A program made the translations under genes and the position numbers. A model generated the notes under the pieces. It was not told the DNA's origin. It saw nothing but the letters and a program-made list of their open reading frames with translations, and did no database searches. Positions 46,285-58,600 of a stretch of 59,241 nt of DNA are shown one piece after another. The stretch is from Hydrurus foetidus. Lineage: Eukaryota. The stretch lies in the NCBI GenBank assembly GCA_900617105.1, contig UYFQ01000397.1, forward strand, positions 1-59,241, in the 5' to 3' direction. The first letter of the stretch is position 1, and each line of letters begins with the position of its first letter.

Positions 46285-49200
46285 TTATGCCTTGGGCCAT
46301 CCCGTTAGACACTCTCTCTCGTAAACGAATTGCGACCCCTGCAGCGGCTTGGTGAGGAGGTTAGCGTACATTTCTTTGGTCCCCTTGTGCTCCAGTTCCA
46401 TCTCCCCAGTGGTCACTCGCTCTTTGACCCAGAAGTACCGGATGCTAATATGCCTCGTCTTCTCTGCCCCGGACCTTCCCCGATCGATAAGTGCCATGCA
46501 TGACATGTTATCCTGGTACACCGTGACAGGACCCATTGCGTACCCCTGGTTGACCAGAAACATCCTAGTGTGTAGCCCCTGGTTGGCCGAGTCCGATAGT
46601 GCGATGAGCTCCGCTTCCGTGCTGGACTTGGACACGATCCCCTGCTTGGCTGACCTGCAGTGCACCGCACCCACATCACCTATGACCACGCACGACCCGG
46701 TGTGTGACTTTCCGTCTCCGTGCACACCGTAGGACGCATCGACAAAGAGTCGCACTGTGATCCCAATGGCCCCAGGGTTGAACACCAGTCCCGTGTCGCG
46801 TGACCAACGGATGTACCGCACTAGGCGGTGTAGCTTGTCAACATCGTCTTCAGTGCACCGTGTCACTCTGGTTGCCAGGTAGGCCACTGCAACAAGGCAT
46901 TCCGGCTTGACCCTCTTCGCGAGGTAGACCAGCTGGGCTGTGACGTGGTGGAACCATACGCGCACCTCTTCACTCACCATGACTGTATCCGGGCGGTTAT
47001 CAAACAGACCGTCTGTCGCAGGTGTCTTGGCGATGCCGTGCACCCCTGATGACTCGAGCATCTCGTCGACGTACCCGGTCATACTCACGCGCGCTTCACC
47101 TACGCGAGAGAAGTCAAATGCCATTCCAAGGTAATTGATTAGAGGACCGTGTGCTAGAGTGATTTCTCCATACCTAACTCTCAGGCCCTCAGTGAGTTCC
47201 GCGATCATCGCCTTGCTCGTGCTGGTGATTAGCAGGTCGTCGACGTGGATGGTCGCAGTGCACTGCACACCCCTGATGTCCACGCGATTGAACACGCATA
47301 TGTCGCTCTCGTTGCGGATGAACCCGAGGCCTGTCATGGTCTTGCTGAGGTTCTCGTACCACAGGGCTGCACTCTCCACGCATCCGTATAGTGCACGCTT
47401 GAGTAGGACCACGATTCTCCCTTTGTCGTCTGCATAACGTCCGTACGTACGGTCGAGTGCAATGATCATATCTGACATGGTCTTGTCTAGTCTCATGTGG
47501 ACAGGCACCCCCGCTGTCATATGGGCGTTGAGGAATGCACCCCTAATGTCCACCACTGCGACATGTCTGCGTTCGTGTGCACTGATTGCCGCGATGGTGA
47601 ATACCGCACTGGTTGATACGGTTGGGGACGAAAGGTCATCGTATAGTCGCTTGTCCTGTTGGTCCCCTCCTGCAACAAGTCTCGCCTTGTATTTGTCGAA
47701 GCTGCCGTCTGGGTGGGTCTTCCTCTTGAGGAACATGGACGATCGGATGATGGATGAGCGTTGACCGGCTGTGAGCTTGTGGAACACGACTGGTGCCCAA
47801 ACTTTCTTGTCCAACATCTGTTGCAGCTCCTTGTTGATGACTAGGCGTGCATCGTCACCCCTGGTCCTAAGCGCTTCTCTCACACTCACGTTGGCGCTGG
47901 GGTCCACATGGAACTCAATCCTGCGCTTCACTAGTGTGGACTTGATCGACTCGGTGCATGAGATATTCTGGGTGGGTGTCGTGACGAGCGGTGTGTTGAA
48001 GGTCACGAAGGTAGCTCCTTGCTCCAGCGGTTTCTTCAGTGTACCTTGTCCACTTCGGAAGTAATCGATTATCTTAGCTCTTGATACTCTCTCTCGGCTC
48101 TCTTCTTCTGTAATGTCTGTGTTAAGAGTGTTAGCAAGTGGGGGAGGGAGAGGGAGGGTTGCATCCCCTGGGGGATCAGTTGGTGCGCCGCTGTCCGATG
48201 TGTCAGTGATGTGCTGACTGGTATCCACGCTGGAGACCATGTTGTCTGGTGGACTACTTTGAACAGTCTCCTCCGGACCTAGTTCAGAAATATTTTTAGT
48301 TAATGTTGTTAGATCACCCCCTATGTCCGGTGGAACTGCGAATTCCTCCTGTGGAATATCGGTGAGGATCGGCTGGCTCAGTTGTATAATGGCAGGTGAT
48401 TCTTGGACATCAGCTCGTAGGCTCTGTTCAGGGTTTGGTGGTCGGATCGGCATGAATCGAGGCATCATAGATTTGTCCACACTGTGAGTGTACTGAATCT
48501 CGTTGTACACGTTGGGAATCCTTGAGAGGTATCGACCGTCTTTTGCTGCCAATTGATTGAGGATCTGGATGATAGACGCTGGCATCGGTAGCACTTTGAA
48601 GTTGTCTCTGAGGATAATCTTGTTGGTCGCAATAGAGAGCATTTTGACAGATCCTGTACGGTTACCGGTTGGTAAGTACACTATACAGTCTTCGGTGCGA
48701 GGATTCATCGAGTGATCGGTGTTTGCAACGGTACATTGACAATAGTCCCCAAAGGCCACTCTGAAGTCCCGGGTCCCCGCAACCCGCTGTCCTGAGAAAG
48801 CTTCTCTTGGTGTGGTCCCTCCGGGACGTGAACCTGAGTGTTGATAGTTGATGCGAGAAATGCAATATAGTGCAAGCATCGCGAGACCATGGATTGTTAG
48901 TGCGAACGGCAGTCGTCCTCCTATGTGGCATCTGATTCTCTCTTTGATCATTCGAATGCGACGCTCGATTCTTGCGATGTGTCCTCCAGCGCCGCTGATG
49001 TTCACTTCTATCGCTAGGCGTTCCAGATAGGGGACCAATTTGCCTATCGCTCCCTCTCCATCTGACATGATGAGTGACACGACGAAGTTTCGCGACTTGA
49101 GCGTTGAGATGATGACGTCCAGGCACTTCTTCACTGACTCTGCGGTTCGCGACGGCTTTCCTGAGTCTGCCTGATCCAGTATGACACCTAGAGTGAGATC

Positions 49201-51165
49201 GAGTGGGTGAGACACGGCAACAAGCAATGCGACCTGTTCTACGAACATGATGTCAATGGAAAGTATCTGTTCCTGTTGGACGACTGCTGGTGTCAGTATG
49301 AGCATTGGTGCCTGTGACTTTCGTTTCACCGTCTTCCCCTTGATCGACGCGATGTCCTTTCCCCAGATTGCATCGGCCACCCGAAAGTCATACTCAGTCA
49401 CGTTGAAATCATTCCCGGTTCTTAGCATCGATATCGCTTCTTCTACCGATGGATATCCCATTCGTGCGATCAGCTCTCGAGCACACCTTGCTGACACCAC
49501 TTCTCGCTTAGTGTAGAGCTTCAGGTTGTCGGCTACCGTTTGGACCATGGCATGCTCTTCAGGTGGATGGCTTGTTGCTCGCTTCGAGATCATGGATCGG
49601 ACGTCACACACGTAAAACCTACCCTCGCTGCCTGGAATGCTTCTGCGACAGAAACTGTATATGTTATCACTCCCTTTGGGCTGTAATGTGAATCTGCTCT
49701 CGTGTTGATCATATCTGATCTTAGCTCCATCATCAACCATAGCAGCGAATGATAGTATGTTCGCGGTGGCATTAGGGCTGTAGTAGACGTTCCCAACTTC
49801 ATTGAAGTATCCTTCTTCGGAGACTCGAACCCCCTTCGCATTGGCTTGTACACCGTTGAGCACTATCGAATTGTCCGATTGCTTAACATCCGTTAAGAGG
49901 TCCTTGTTGCTGAAAATGCTCACAGAAGCCTGATTGTCGAGAAGGACATGTGACCGCGAGAACAGGACCAGTTCGTTGGTTGTAGTGAACGCGTATTCAC
50001 TCTTGTCTTCGTCGTCCATACTGATGTTCTCAGTGGACGTGTAGAGTGCTTTCTCGGATTTTCGTTCGTCGCAGTCTCGAGCGTAGTGTCCGAGGTTTCC
50101 ACAGACATAGCACAGCACACTATCGAGTGACGACTTTTTTGCTTTGTTGTCGGCGGGAACCTTCTTAGACGGTGGGGGGGTCTTCACTTTTTCGGTTTCT
50201 TTGCCCTTAGTGACGTGTATGGCATCGGCTAAGAACGCTAGGTGCGGGATGCCTCCTAGCGGTGCGAAGGATCCGTCCCGGGTCCATGTGGAGGCTGTAC
50301 GGAACGCTGCTGCGAGTGTACTAGGGTATGCACCAGGGATGTTTTGGCATGCATTGTTACGCATTGTGGTGAGCATGCTCGCATACCTTTTCATATCCAA
50401 CTTGCTGATGAAATCCAATGCTTTGATCGATTCTGCAACCTCAGTCATACCAACACCGTGGTTGGCCTTGAGCTGATTATCGAACCTAGTCTTGAAGTCT
50501 GCTACGAGTTCACGGTCTCCTTGCCGTAGTACGTTGTACCGTAGCTGTTGGTCGTGTAGGTTCACCGACGACATGTTGTCGTGATCTCCGTACATGTGCG
50601 AGATGTGCGATTTCCGGATGAATTTCCACAGCCTCACGCTGTCGAGTGCATGCCGGGCGATCTCGAATTTCGGGTCCTCCCTGACCTTGCTCTGTGATGC
50701 CGTTGACATCTTGGACCACATAAGTGCCCAAATCTTGGTCTCGTTCACTGACTGTAGCTCAATTGCACGTTGGCGGCGGTCATAGGCTCCTTCTCTGAGC
50801 TTGTTAATGAATTTTTCTGAGAACTGTTCGACATTTCCGACAGGTTCCTCGGCTTCCTCCTGAACCGTGCTGTCTTCTTCACTGTCTTCGCCGTTTCCAC
50901 TCCCGTAGTCCTCATCATCGTCCGCATCCGCGGCCTCGTTGGCGGCGACGACTGGTGCGACATACGCGGGGTGGTAATCTTTCAGCTGGGGAAGGGGATG
51001 CTTGTATGACCGATTGAGATGAAAGAACATCCCAGTGGTCCCGTACAGTCCTGTTGTAAGGTTGTACATCTCCTCACGCCACTCCACGGCGTTGTTTTCC
51101 TGTCCATACTGTAGAATACATCCATCTATGGATTTCTCGGCCACTGCCGCTTTCTTTGGAGGCAT
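46285..51165 (-). CDS. Copia Gag-Pol polyprotein (1626 aa)
   Basis: Order is CCHC (CYVCGNLGHYARDC), protease (LLDNQAS), integrase (IDIMF, SDGEG, ERRIRMIKE), RT (KARLVAGG, DIRGAFL, LYG, HVDD), RNase H (DASY, SSTEAEL, QDN). Integrase before RT is the copia order. Confidence 0.97.
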   Translation of the reverse strand: MPPKKAAVAEKSIDGCILQYGQENNAVEWREEMYNLTTGLYGTTGMFFHLNRSYKHPLPQLKDYHPAYVAPVVAANEAADADDDEDYGSGNGEDSEEDSTVQEEAEEPVGNVEQFSEKFINKLREGAYDRRQRAIELQSVNETKIWALMWSKMSTASQSKVREDPKFEIARHALDSVRLWKFIRKSHISHMYGDHDNMSSVNLHDQQLRYNVLRQGDRELVADFKTRFDNQLKANHGVGMTEVAESIKALDFISKLDMKRYASMLTTMRNNACQNIPGAYPSTLAAAFRTASTWTRDGSFAPLGGIPHLAFLADAIHVTKGKETEKVKTPPPSKKVPADNKAKKSSLDSVLCYVCGNLGHYARDCDERKSEKALYTSTENISMDDEDKSEYAFTTTNELVLFSRSHVLLDNQASVSIFSNKDLLTDVKQSDNSIVLNGVQANAKGVRVSEEGYFNEVGNVYYSPNATANILSFAAMVDDGAKIRYDQHESRFTLQPKGSDNIYSFCRRSIPGSEGRFYVCDVRSMISKRATSHPPEEHAMVQTVADNLKLYTKREVVSARCARELIARMGYPSVEEAISMLRTGNDFNVTEYDFRVADAIWGKDIASIKGKTVKRKSQAPMLILTPAVVQQEQILSIDIMFVEQVALLVAVSHPLDLTLGVILDQADSGKPSRTAESVKKCLDVIISTLKSRNFVVSLIMSDGEGAIGKLVPYLERLAIEVNISGAGGHIARIERRIRMIKERIRCHIGGRLPFALTIHGLAMLALYCISRINYQHSGSRPGGTTPREAFSGQRVAGTRDFRVAFGDYCQCTVANTDHSMNPRTEDCIVYLPTGNRTGSVKMLSIATNKIILRDNFKVLPMPASIIQILNQLAAKDGRYLSRIPNVYNEIQYTHSVDKSMMPRFMPIRPPNPEQSLRADVQESPAIIQLSQPILTDIPQEEFAVPPDIGGDLTTLTKNISELGPEETVQSSPPDNMVSSVDTSQHITDTSDSGAPTDPPGDATLPLPPPLANTLNTDITEEESRERVSRAKIIDYFRSGQGTLKKPLEQGATFVTFNTPLVTTPTQNISCTESIKSTLVKRRIEFHVDPSANVSVREALRTRGDDARLVINKELQQMLDKKVWAPVVFHKLTAGQRSSIIRSSMFLKRKTHPDGSFDKYKARLVAGGDQQDKRLYDDLSSPTVSTSAVFTIAAISAHERRHVAVVDIRGAFLNAHMTAGVPVHMRLDKTMSDMIIALDRTYGRYADDKGRIVVLLKRALYGCVESAALWYENLSKTMTGLGFIRNESDICVFNRVDIRGVQCTATIHVDDLLITSTSKAMIAELTEGLRVRYGEITLAHGPLINYLGMAFDFSRVGEARVSMTGYVDEMLESSGVHGIAKTPATDGLFDNRPDTVMVSEEVRVWFHHVTAQLVYLAKRVKPECLVAVAYLATRVTRCTEDDVDKLHRLVRYIRWSRDTGLVFNPGAIGITVRLFVDASYGVHGDGKSHTGSCVVIGDVGAVHCRSAKQGIVSKSSTEAELIALSDSANQGLHTRMFLVNQGYAMGPVTVYQDNMSCMALIDRGRSGAEKTRHISIRYFWVKERVTTGEMELEHKGTKEMYANLLTKPLQGSQFVYERECLTGWPKA

Positions 51166-51191
51166 CTCGGCTGCCTCAAGTGTTTAAATTA

Positions 51192-51557
51192 TGTTGCGAA
51201 TTCCGTATTCCGCAACCGCGTCGTGAACAGCTTCACGTACGAAGTGTCTAGTACGAGAACCGCGCAAATCCCGTGAAATGAAAGAGGTACAGTTTTCAAT
51301 CAGTCGATAATTTAACTTGTGACTGACATCCCTGTTTGCCAGCCACGAAGCTTACAGCGCCACCTATCTACGCTACTCTAGAAGGAAGAAAACAGAACAT
51401 CAATGAACGAGTGGTGTAACGCGCATGAAACACTTTTCATGCCGAACTGTAATGCCCCATACAACCGTATAGTGCATCACACACACACACACACAACAAT
51501 GACCGAACGGTCCTACATACTACAAAGAGCAGTTCACCACAGAACGAAACTCCAACA
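51192..51557 (-). repeat. 5' LTR of the copia element
   Basis: Direct repeat of 45817-46182. Confidence 0.97.
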
Positions 51558-53170
51558 GCTCTATCTAATTTGTTCCAGGTTACAGGGACATAGATATTGC
51601 AGAGGTCAACAGCTTTTCACTCGTCAACTTGCTGCGAGTGGGCGTACGAAGGCTGGTCAAATCTTTGATTTAGCGTGGTGTCAATGCCCAATCAAAGTAA
51701 TCATGCTTCCAGTTGCGCAAAATCTGATTCCATCTCTCTCGGACTGTCAACAGTTGATCGTAGTAAGATATCGCTCGAACATAATGTGCCCCTAGGGATG
51801 TACATGATCTACACCGAGAAAGAACGCTCATGCGGAGCAGCAGCAGAGGCCTTGATTCAACGAAACGTCCTTGATAGTAGACTTTCTCTAACTCAAAAGA
51901 GAATTAAATCTTTTGGCGAACTAACTGAGAAGAGAGCTAAGTCTGATTTCGGTGGCACACAATTGGGTTCTCATAAGGCGATATCAACAGATGGTTGCGA
52001 CAAGGGACATCAGTTGTCAAACGACTACGAGGGTGCATTTGATAAGGTATTTTGTGCGTGAAGAAAAGGACTGGATCTGATTTGATATCTCTCAAATAGT
52101 GGCATAACTCCTGCTGATTAATCGCAACATGATTTGAATTATGCATGGCAGTTTCTTAATCGATAGAAGCGTATTAGCCGATATTATTTCCAAAAATTTC
52201 AGTAACACTGGCTGTTGAACAATTTTATTCGGAAGGCGGAACAAGACGTTGCAATCTTTAAACAGAGAATGTTATCTGGATAGTGCTTTCAATGGCGAGA
52301 AAAGGCTTCCCTCGACACCATCATAGAGAACATCTCAGAGATTTTACCTGCGTGATTCCACGAGGACTCAAAATCAAAATCAGGGAAGTCGATCCGATCT
52401 GGGAGGCTCCTTCGTAACTCTTCAAATTGTAGAGGTCATTAACACAAACTTGACGCGGCCAAGTGAAGCAGCCAGAAGCCGCTGTCGCGCAGGAACAGGT
52501 ATCCAGGCCAGAGATTAGTCCACTATTAGTTGCAGTCACCACTCACCAGTATGCTCGGCCTGATTTCATCCTATTATGGCGTTTCATTCTAGGTTGCACA
52601 TTTCGCCCATTGAGATAATGCAGCCCGTCCCTCAAAAGCAGGAGTGATAGTAGGAGACGAGATATCTTCCATTCTTATTACATTTTATACATTGCTAACT
52701 CTATTTTAATGCAAATGCCACTCAACACTTCAACGGCTGCTCTTCAGCAATCAAATGTACACGACTGAGTCTAATTGCGTATCTGTGGCTCCATGTCCGT
52801 GATGCGCATGGACGGGGAAATTATTTCGTAAGGAGTACCAGTCGTCTACGTGAGTCATGTAGTAGCTGGCTTGTCAGTGTCCCGTAGAGGAACAGATACT
52901 TCAACTAAAAGAAGATCACAACCAATGGTGTCACCACTTCTATTTAGAGCCACTGTCAGAACACCTCTCAATGTGTATATGCAGTGGAAACATATGTCAT
53001 AGCAGGAACAACTGACATATGCGCTTCGATTTGCGAAGAGGCAATGAGGCATTGAATTGGAAGGTTGTCAAGATCATTATTGGGCCATCAGATTGAGACA
53101 GGGAGCGCGCTGTTGCAGTGGTGACACGAAGCCACATGTGAACTCGACTGCACTCACAGTACCTCAAGCA

Positions 53171-55245
53171 TTATAATCTCCGTTTCTTGCTCTGATTTTG
53201 ATTTCCTGTCTTTGAGCTGGATGTATTCGCCTTCGCCTTTGCTTTCGAATTGGTGGCCTTGGAGACTGCAGCGACTCTCTCTCTCCTGCTGCTGTACTGC
53301 CCCTTCCCTACACCTTTTCTGTCAACATCACTGTCATCTCCACTATCATCAACTCCATCGCTATCATCTTGGTCGTCTGCATCTTCATCATCAGCACCTT
53401 CTTCATCACCATCGCTACCTTCCTCATCTTCCTCGTTATCATCCTCATCGTCACTTTCCTCCTCACCGTCATCTTCATCCTCATCTACGTTCATTTCTTC
53501 GTCATCATCGTTCTCATTATCGTCACTTTTCACATCATCCTCATCATCCTCTGCGTCTGAATCGAAGTTTGGATTAGATCTCAATTTGTCGTCATCCCCA
53601 ACAACTCCTCTGTTCTTCACGGCTTTGACTTTCGATTTCTTGACCTCAATATCCGCCAACAAACAACAGTTAAGCCGATTCTTCAGATACGCTGCGCACA
53701 CCATTTTGCTGCTACAGTTGATCTTGTTGTTACCACTTGTGGAGTCCTTTTCTCCAGTGTGTGTTTTTGAGGTATCGTACACTCGTAGAAACCTGTCGAG
53801 ACCTACTGATGCTAAATGATTCCCTACGAAATTTATCACACACCAGAAGAATCATTCATCTATTGTATATATTCAAAGACACTCGATTTCTTATTATTCA
53901 GTAATATGCAGTTATGCCAGCAGCAAGAGTCCTGCATGAGTGTAGGAAACACACAATAGAAACAGACAATAGAAACAGACAATTGAGGCGTCTCGTCTCG
54001 CCTCACCTGAAGGTGTAAGATGCAGCGACCGTATAGAGCCGGATGACCCTTTCAACACACTGATCTTTCGCCGTGACATACGTAAATCCCACATAGCAAG
54101 ACCCCCTGATGAGAAGTATAATGTGGTACGATAGGTAGTAAAGATGAATACTTCAATCAGCGTCAGAAGTGTCCTAATAAACGCTGGTTATTGCGCGCAT
54201 ACAAAAGCGCACTGGCAATCATCGACCCAACAATCAATAAAAGTATTCTACAGACTCGACTGAGAAAAAGATTTGGACCACTCCAGTGAAGCAGAAGGTA
54301 GGTCAGATATGAAGTATTCAATTCAATCAGAATTATAGTTCAGGAGTTACCTGAGCAATCTGCAACAAATAGTGCGTTGCCGTCACCAGTGGGTTGAATG
54401 CTTGTGACGCGGTAGTCACCACCGATATCTATTGAGTAAGAGGGTTGCTGGCTTGCTTTAATGTCGTACAGTCGCACGTGCTTGTGTCCAGTGCCAGATA
54501 CAAACTGAGCAGTGGAGGGGCTTGCAGTCTCAGCGTTCAAAAAGCTTATAGCAGCGACCCCTGTCGTTACATAAGGTAATCCATGCGTAAGGAATTTGTC
54601 GTTCAGCTTAAATTGTCAAAATTATAGACCGATGATTTTGCATGCATCGAACGCTGAAAGTTGCAGCTAATCATGTGACGTACATATTGGAACTCGAAGT
54701 CCTAAAGTGTCATACGGAACATTTTTTGCGTTCCATATAGCCTGCTGCGTCGATAAATCATATACAACGACATCGTTTTCAGCTCCGCCAAATGCTGCTC
54801 CGCCGTTACATGTGGCGCATGCCCCTACTGGACCCTTAACTTGAAATGTTTTCAAAATCTCCCAATCGCTGACGCTTTTAAGTTTCTTTCCGTTCGAGCT
54901 GGTAGAGGCATCATCCCCTCCTCGGAATTTGACAATGGAGGTTTGGCCGGATTTATCGACGCATATCACTCGATTTGTTTCAATATGTGAGACCGTAAGA
55001 GGATTCTCTATCGCTGGGAGATGAATGGAGGACTTCATCGATATCGAACCCTGGGCGTAAGACCATACTTCAAGCTGGGAATTAGCCCGTAGAGCTGCAA
55101 AGTGACTGTGGTTGTAGCCGCATTTAAGCCACGATAACCCTTCAATACCTGCAGTCCGCACTTGTGTACCGTAGGTAAAAAATTCCCTTTTAGAAACTTC
55201 CAAGACCTTAATGAGGCCGGTCTCGTCGCCTGTCAAGGCTTCCAT
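53171..55245 (-). CDS. WDR74: WD40 ribosome biogenesis factor WDR74/Nsa1 with an acidic tail
   Basis: TGDETGLIKV, GGAEND...WNAKNVPYDTLGLRVP, GTGHKHVRLYD, LKGSSGSIRSL, ASVGLDRFLRVYD and YLKNRLN. D/E-rich tail ending KKRRL. Confidence 0.9.
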
Positions 55246-55664
55246 GCTGCTTAAATGAAGCTGCACTTCTGGTAAAACCTCAATCTCCACTTGTGACAGT
55301 GTAGCGCGTGGACCTGGTCTGTGTGCATCCCAACACCTAATCGGTTAACTATATCACCAATCAATCCGCATGAAGAAGTCAGATGTTGTCACCAAAATAA
55401 CGGGAAGCAAGAAAATGGGAAGTACCACTTTTTTTACAGAATTGCATCTATTTTCACTGACTATACTCATCTTCACACAGTGTCACTTCTCGCCACAAGA
55501 AAGTTATCTAGAAGATGCAAATTTTGCTGACTACAGTGAGTCGCACTTTTAAAATTTAGCTGCATACTTTAAAAAAGGAAAAATTGTCTTAGGTAGCCAC
55601 AATCAGATGTTGCAAATTCTGTTTCAGGAATTAACAAAATGTGTAGTCCAAATGAAGCAAGAGG

Positions 55665-58600
55665 TGTCAGAAAGGTAGTTTAGCTTACAACGGGAGAGAA
55701 GGGTGGGTGAGCTTGCAGAGGTGTAAAACTCTGCATGCAAAGCGTTGCAAGGTAACTAACAGTCTGCGAGAGGTCAGAAGGACTCTCCAGCCACATGTAC
55801 GGACGGCTATACGGTACTACGGAGGGTAGGAATGTGGTACTAAATCCTGTACCATCACATTACCCCCACTTACTCCTTCCCGAAAAGACCTTTGTCTCGC
55901 TTCTCTCTTTTGACTACTTACGTGTAACTAATGGTAAAAAAAAAATTGCGAACTAACATTAAAGCAGAAAAATACATCAGGTTTTTGAAAAAATGATGCA
56001 ATTAACTAGACTAAAAGAGAGTTTGGGACGAGGTCCTGACCGGGAGTGTCCGTGCGTCCGATTGCAGCGATCTTGACCCGGTGTGAGTATGTCAGGTTTC
56101 ACTGACTAAAACCGTAAAACCCACGTAGGGTGAAAAAATGGCTAAATTTTGAGAAAAATCTCACACCGGTATATCTTCGCCACGCAGGTTGTGCGGAACC
56201 AGCGCCTTCAGTCCGGCGCTCTTGAGGTAGGTGTGTAGCTGGTCCGTGAGTCTCAGAGCACTCCATGGCTCCCATGAGTTGTGCTCCTCGCTATAATTAA
56301 GCCACTTGACGAGGAAGGTCAACGTGGAGACCTTCCTGGTGTTGCCCTTGTGGGCAGTGATCGCCTCGATGTAGAATTCCATATAGTCGCGTCGGGCTGA
56401 GTCCATGGGTTCGATCCTCGCTGGATCGAATAGGAATATCTTGAGTTTGGAGGCGTGGATCCTTTTAGTCTTCTTAGAGACGATGTTCAGGAGTACATAC
56501 TCCGAATCGCGATGGGAAATTACCTCCATCGGACCTTGCCAGCGTGTGTGTAGTCGCGTAGGGGGACCTGTAGCGTACTGCGCCAGTACGTACGAACCGA
56601 CAGGGAAAACGGTTGGATCCGGCTGATCCGTTAAGCGCTGTGCCGCGTGTTCCTGCGCCATTTCTTGGACTGTCCTGTGCGTCGTATCCTGAGCGTTAAT
56701 CATGTCAGCCATGATGCGTGAGCCCGGAGTCTTAGTTGGAAGGGCCGGTTGAAAGGGCGTGAGGATGCCTCTGTTCAGATCCAAGCGGTTGCCGAAGAGC
56801 AGGTTACCCGGTGACACTCCCGTGGAGCCATGAACCGAGCTGTTCATGATCCGTTGGACAAAGGGGAGGCAAAGCTTGTATTGGTCCATCTCGAGTGTCT
56901 CGAACACAAACGAGCGCAAGTGGCGATTAACCTCCTTGTTGACCCGCTCCACGATGGAGTTCTCCTCCTTCGAATAGGCTAGTGTGAGGTTGTGCGGTGT
57001 TCCAACCGCCAAGAGAAATTTCTCTATTAGTTCGTTGGCGAAGTGTGGTCCGCGGTCGGAGCGTATCAGGTTGGGAGAACCGAAACGACCGAAGTGTTCC
57101 AAGAGACAGCGGCATGCCGACTCTGCCGTGCTGTCCTTGCAGTGGAACAGCTCTGTCCATCTTGAGAATGAGTCCACTATGACTAGCACGTGTGTGCCGT
57201 CGGGGAATGGACCGATGAAGTCGATGTTGAGGACATCGAATAGTACCTCGCCTGCCGTCGTGAACTTATGTACGTTGATTGGAATGCGTACCGCACTCAT
57301 CTTCTGGCAGCACGGACAGTACCGTACGAATAACCGGACGTGGTTGCGCATGTACGGCCAAGAACGGCCCATGAGGCCCAGCTTATGCATCGTTCGGTCT
57401 ACGCCGCCGTGACCGACGCGGAAGTTGTGGGCCTGCTCCATCCACTGTGGGCCTGCTCCATCCACTCTGTTCTTCCTCCGAAGCTAAAGGGCATGTGGTC
57501 AGTGCTGCAATAAAACCTGGGGCGTCCATGACCCTTGGGGTGTAATCCATGGCGAGTTCCATAAGGTTGGGGCACAGGCGTGACAGTGTGTCAGCCCATT
57601 TGTTCTGGGAGCCTGGCACGAAGTGAATCTTGAAGTCGAGTTCCTGCATCGCTATGGACCAGCGGGTGACCATCGAGTTGGGGTTGTTGGTCATATACGT
57701 CAGATTCAAGTGATCTGTGTGTATAGTGAACACCCGGTCGCGGAGGAGAGTGTCCATCTGCTGGCAGCAATGGAAGATTGCGTATGCCTCCTTCTGTATC
57801 GTTGACCAACGAGATTGTGTGGCGTTGAAAGACTTGCTGACGAAGGATATAGGTCGCCAAATGTCGTCAACGATCTGGAATAGTACGCCGCCTATACCGT
57901 AGTCGGAGGCGTCCGTATACAGCCGTATAGGAAAAATGCATCAGTGGGCAATGCGATATAGCTTTACGTATAGCCTGGAACGCGTCGGAACTTCCCTGTG
58001 TCCACACCAGTGGTGAGTTCTTCTTGCCCTTGTGGTCAATCATATCTTGAAGCGGCTTTACTATGAGGGAGTGATTTGGTACAAATCCCCGAAAGTAGTT
58101 CGCCAGTCCCAATAGGGATCTTAGGGCGTGAAGGTTCCGCGGTTTCTCAAAGTTGAGTACCGATTTAATCTTGACCATGGACATAGACAGTCCATCTTTA
58201 GAGATGACTCGCCCGACATACTCTATTTGGGGCAGTCCAAATTTGCATTTTTTAGCCTTCAGCAGAAGGCCGCGCTCGCGGAAGCGCTGGAATACCTCCT
58301 TCAGTCTTGTGAGGAACTGATCTTCATCTGATGCATACACAATGCAGTCGTCCAAGTACATCTCGCAGGAGACGTACAGTAAACCTTGAAGGACTTTGGT
58401 GACCATTTGCTCCTGGAAGTAGGAGGGGGCCCGTTTAGGTCCAAACGGTAGCCGGGTAAATTGGTATAGCCCGCAAAAGCACAGGAATGCCGTGAACACT
58501 CGGTGCGGGGGGTATAGTGGGGCCTGATGGTATCCTGCCGTTAGGTCCATGATCGTCGGTTTGTTGTGCCCAATTCTTTCGAAGAGCCCACGGATGTTGG

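Larger units (their letters stand above)
45817..51557 (-). mobile_element. Full-length Ty1/copia LTR retrotransposon (5741 bp)
   Basis: 366-bp LTRs at 45817-46182 and 51192-51557 (TGTTG...CAACA). 5-bp TSD GCTCT at 45812-45816 and 51558-51562. Single uninterrupted ORF. Confidence 0.98.

Noticed and set aside
51560..53100. Short ORFs between the copia LTR and WDR74
   Set aside because: No recognisable motifs or consistent exon structure.
53212..53819. His-rich and Ser-rich + strand ORFs
   Set aside because: They are antisense readings of the D/E-rich tail of WDR74.
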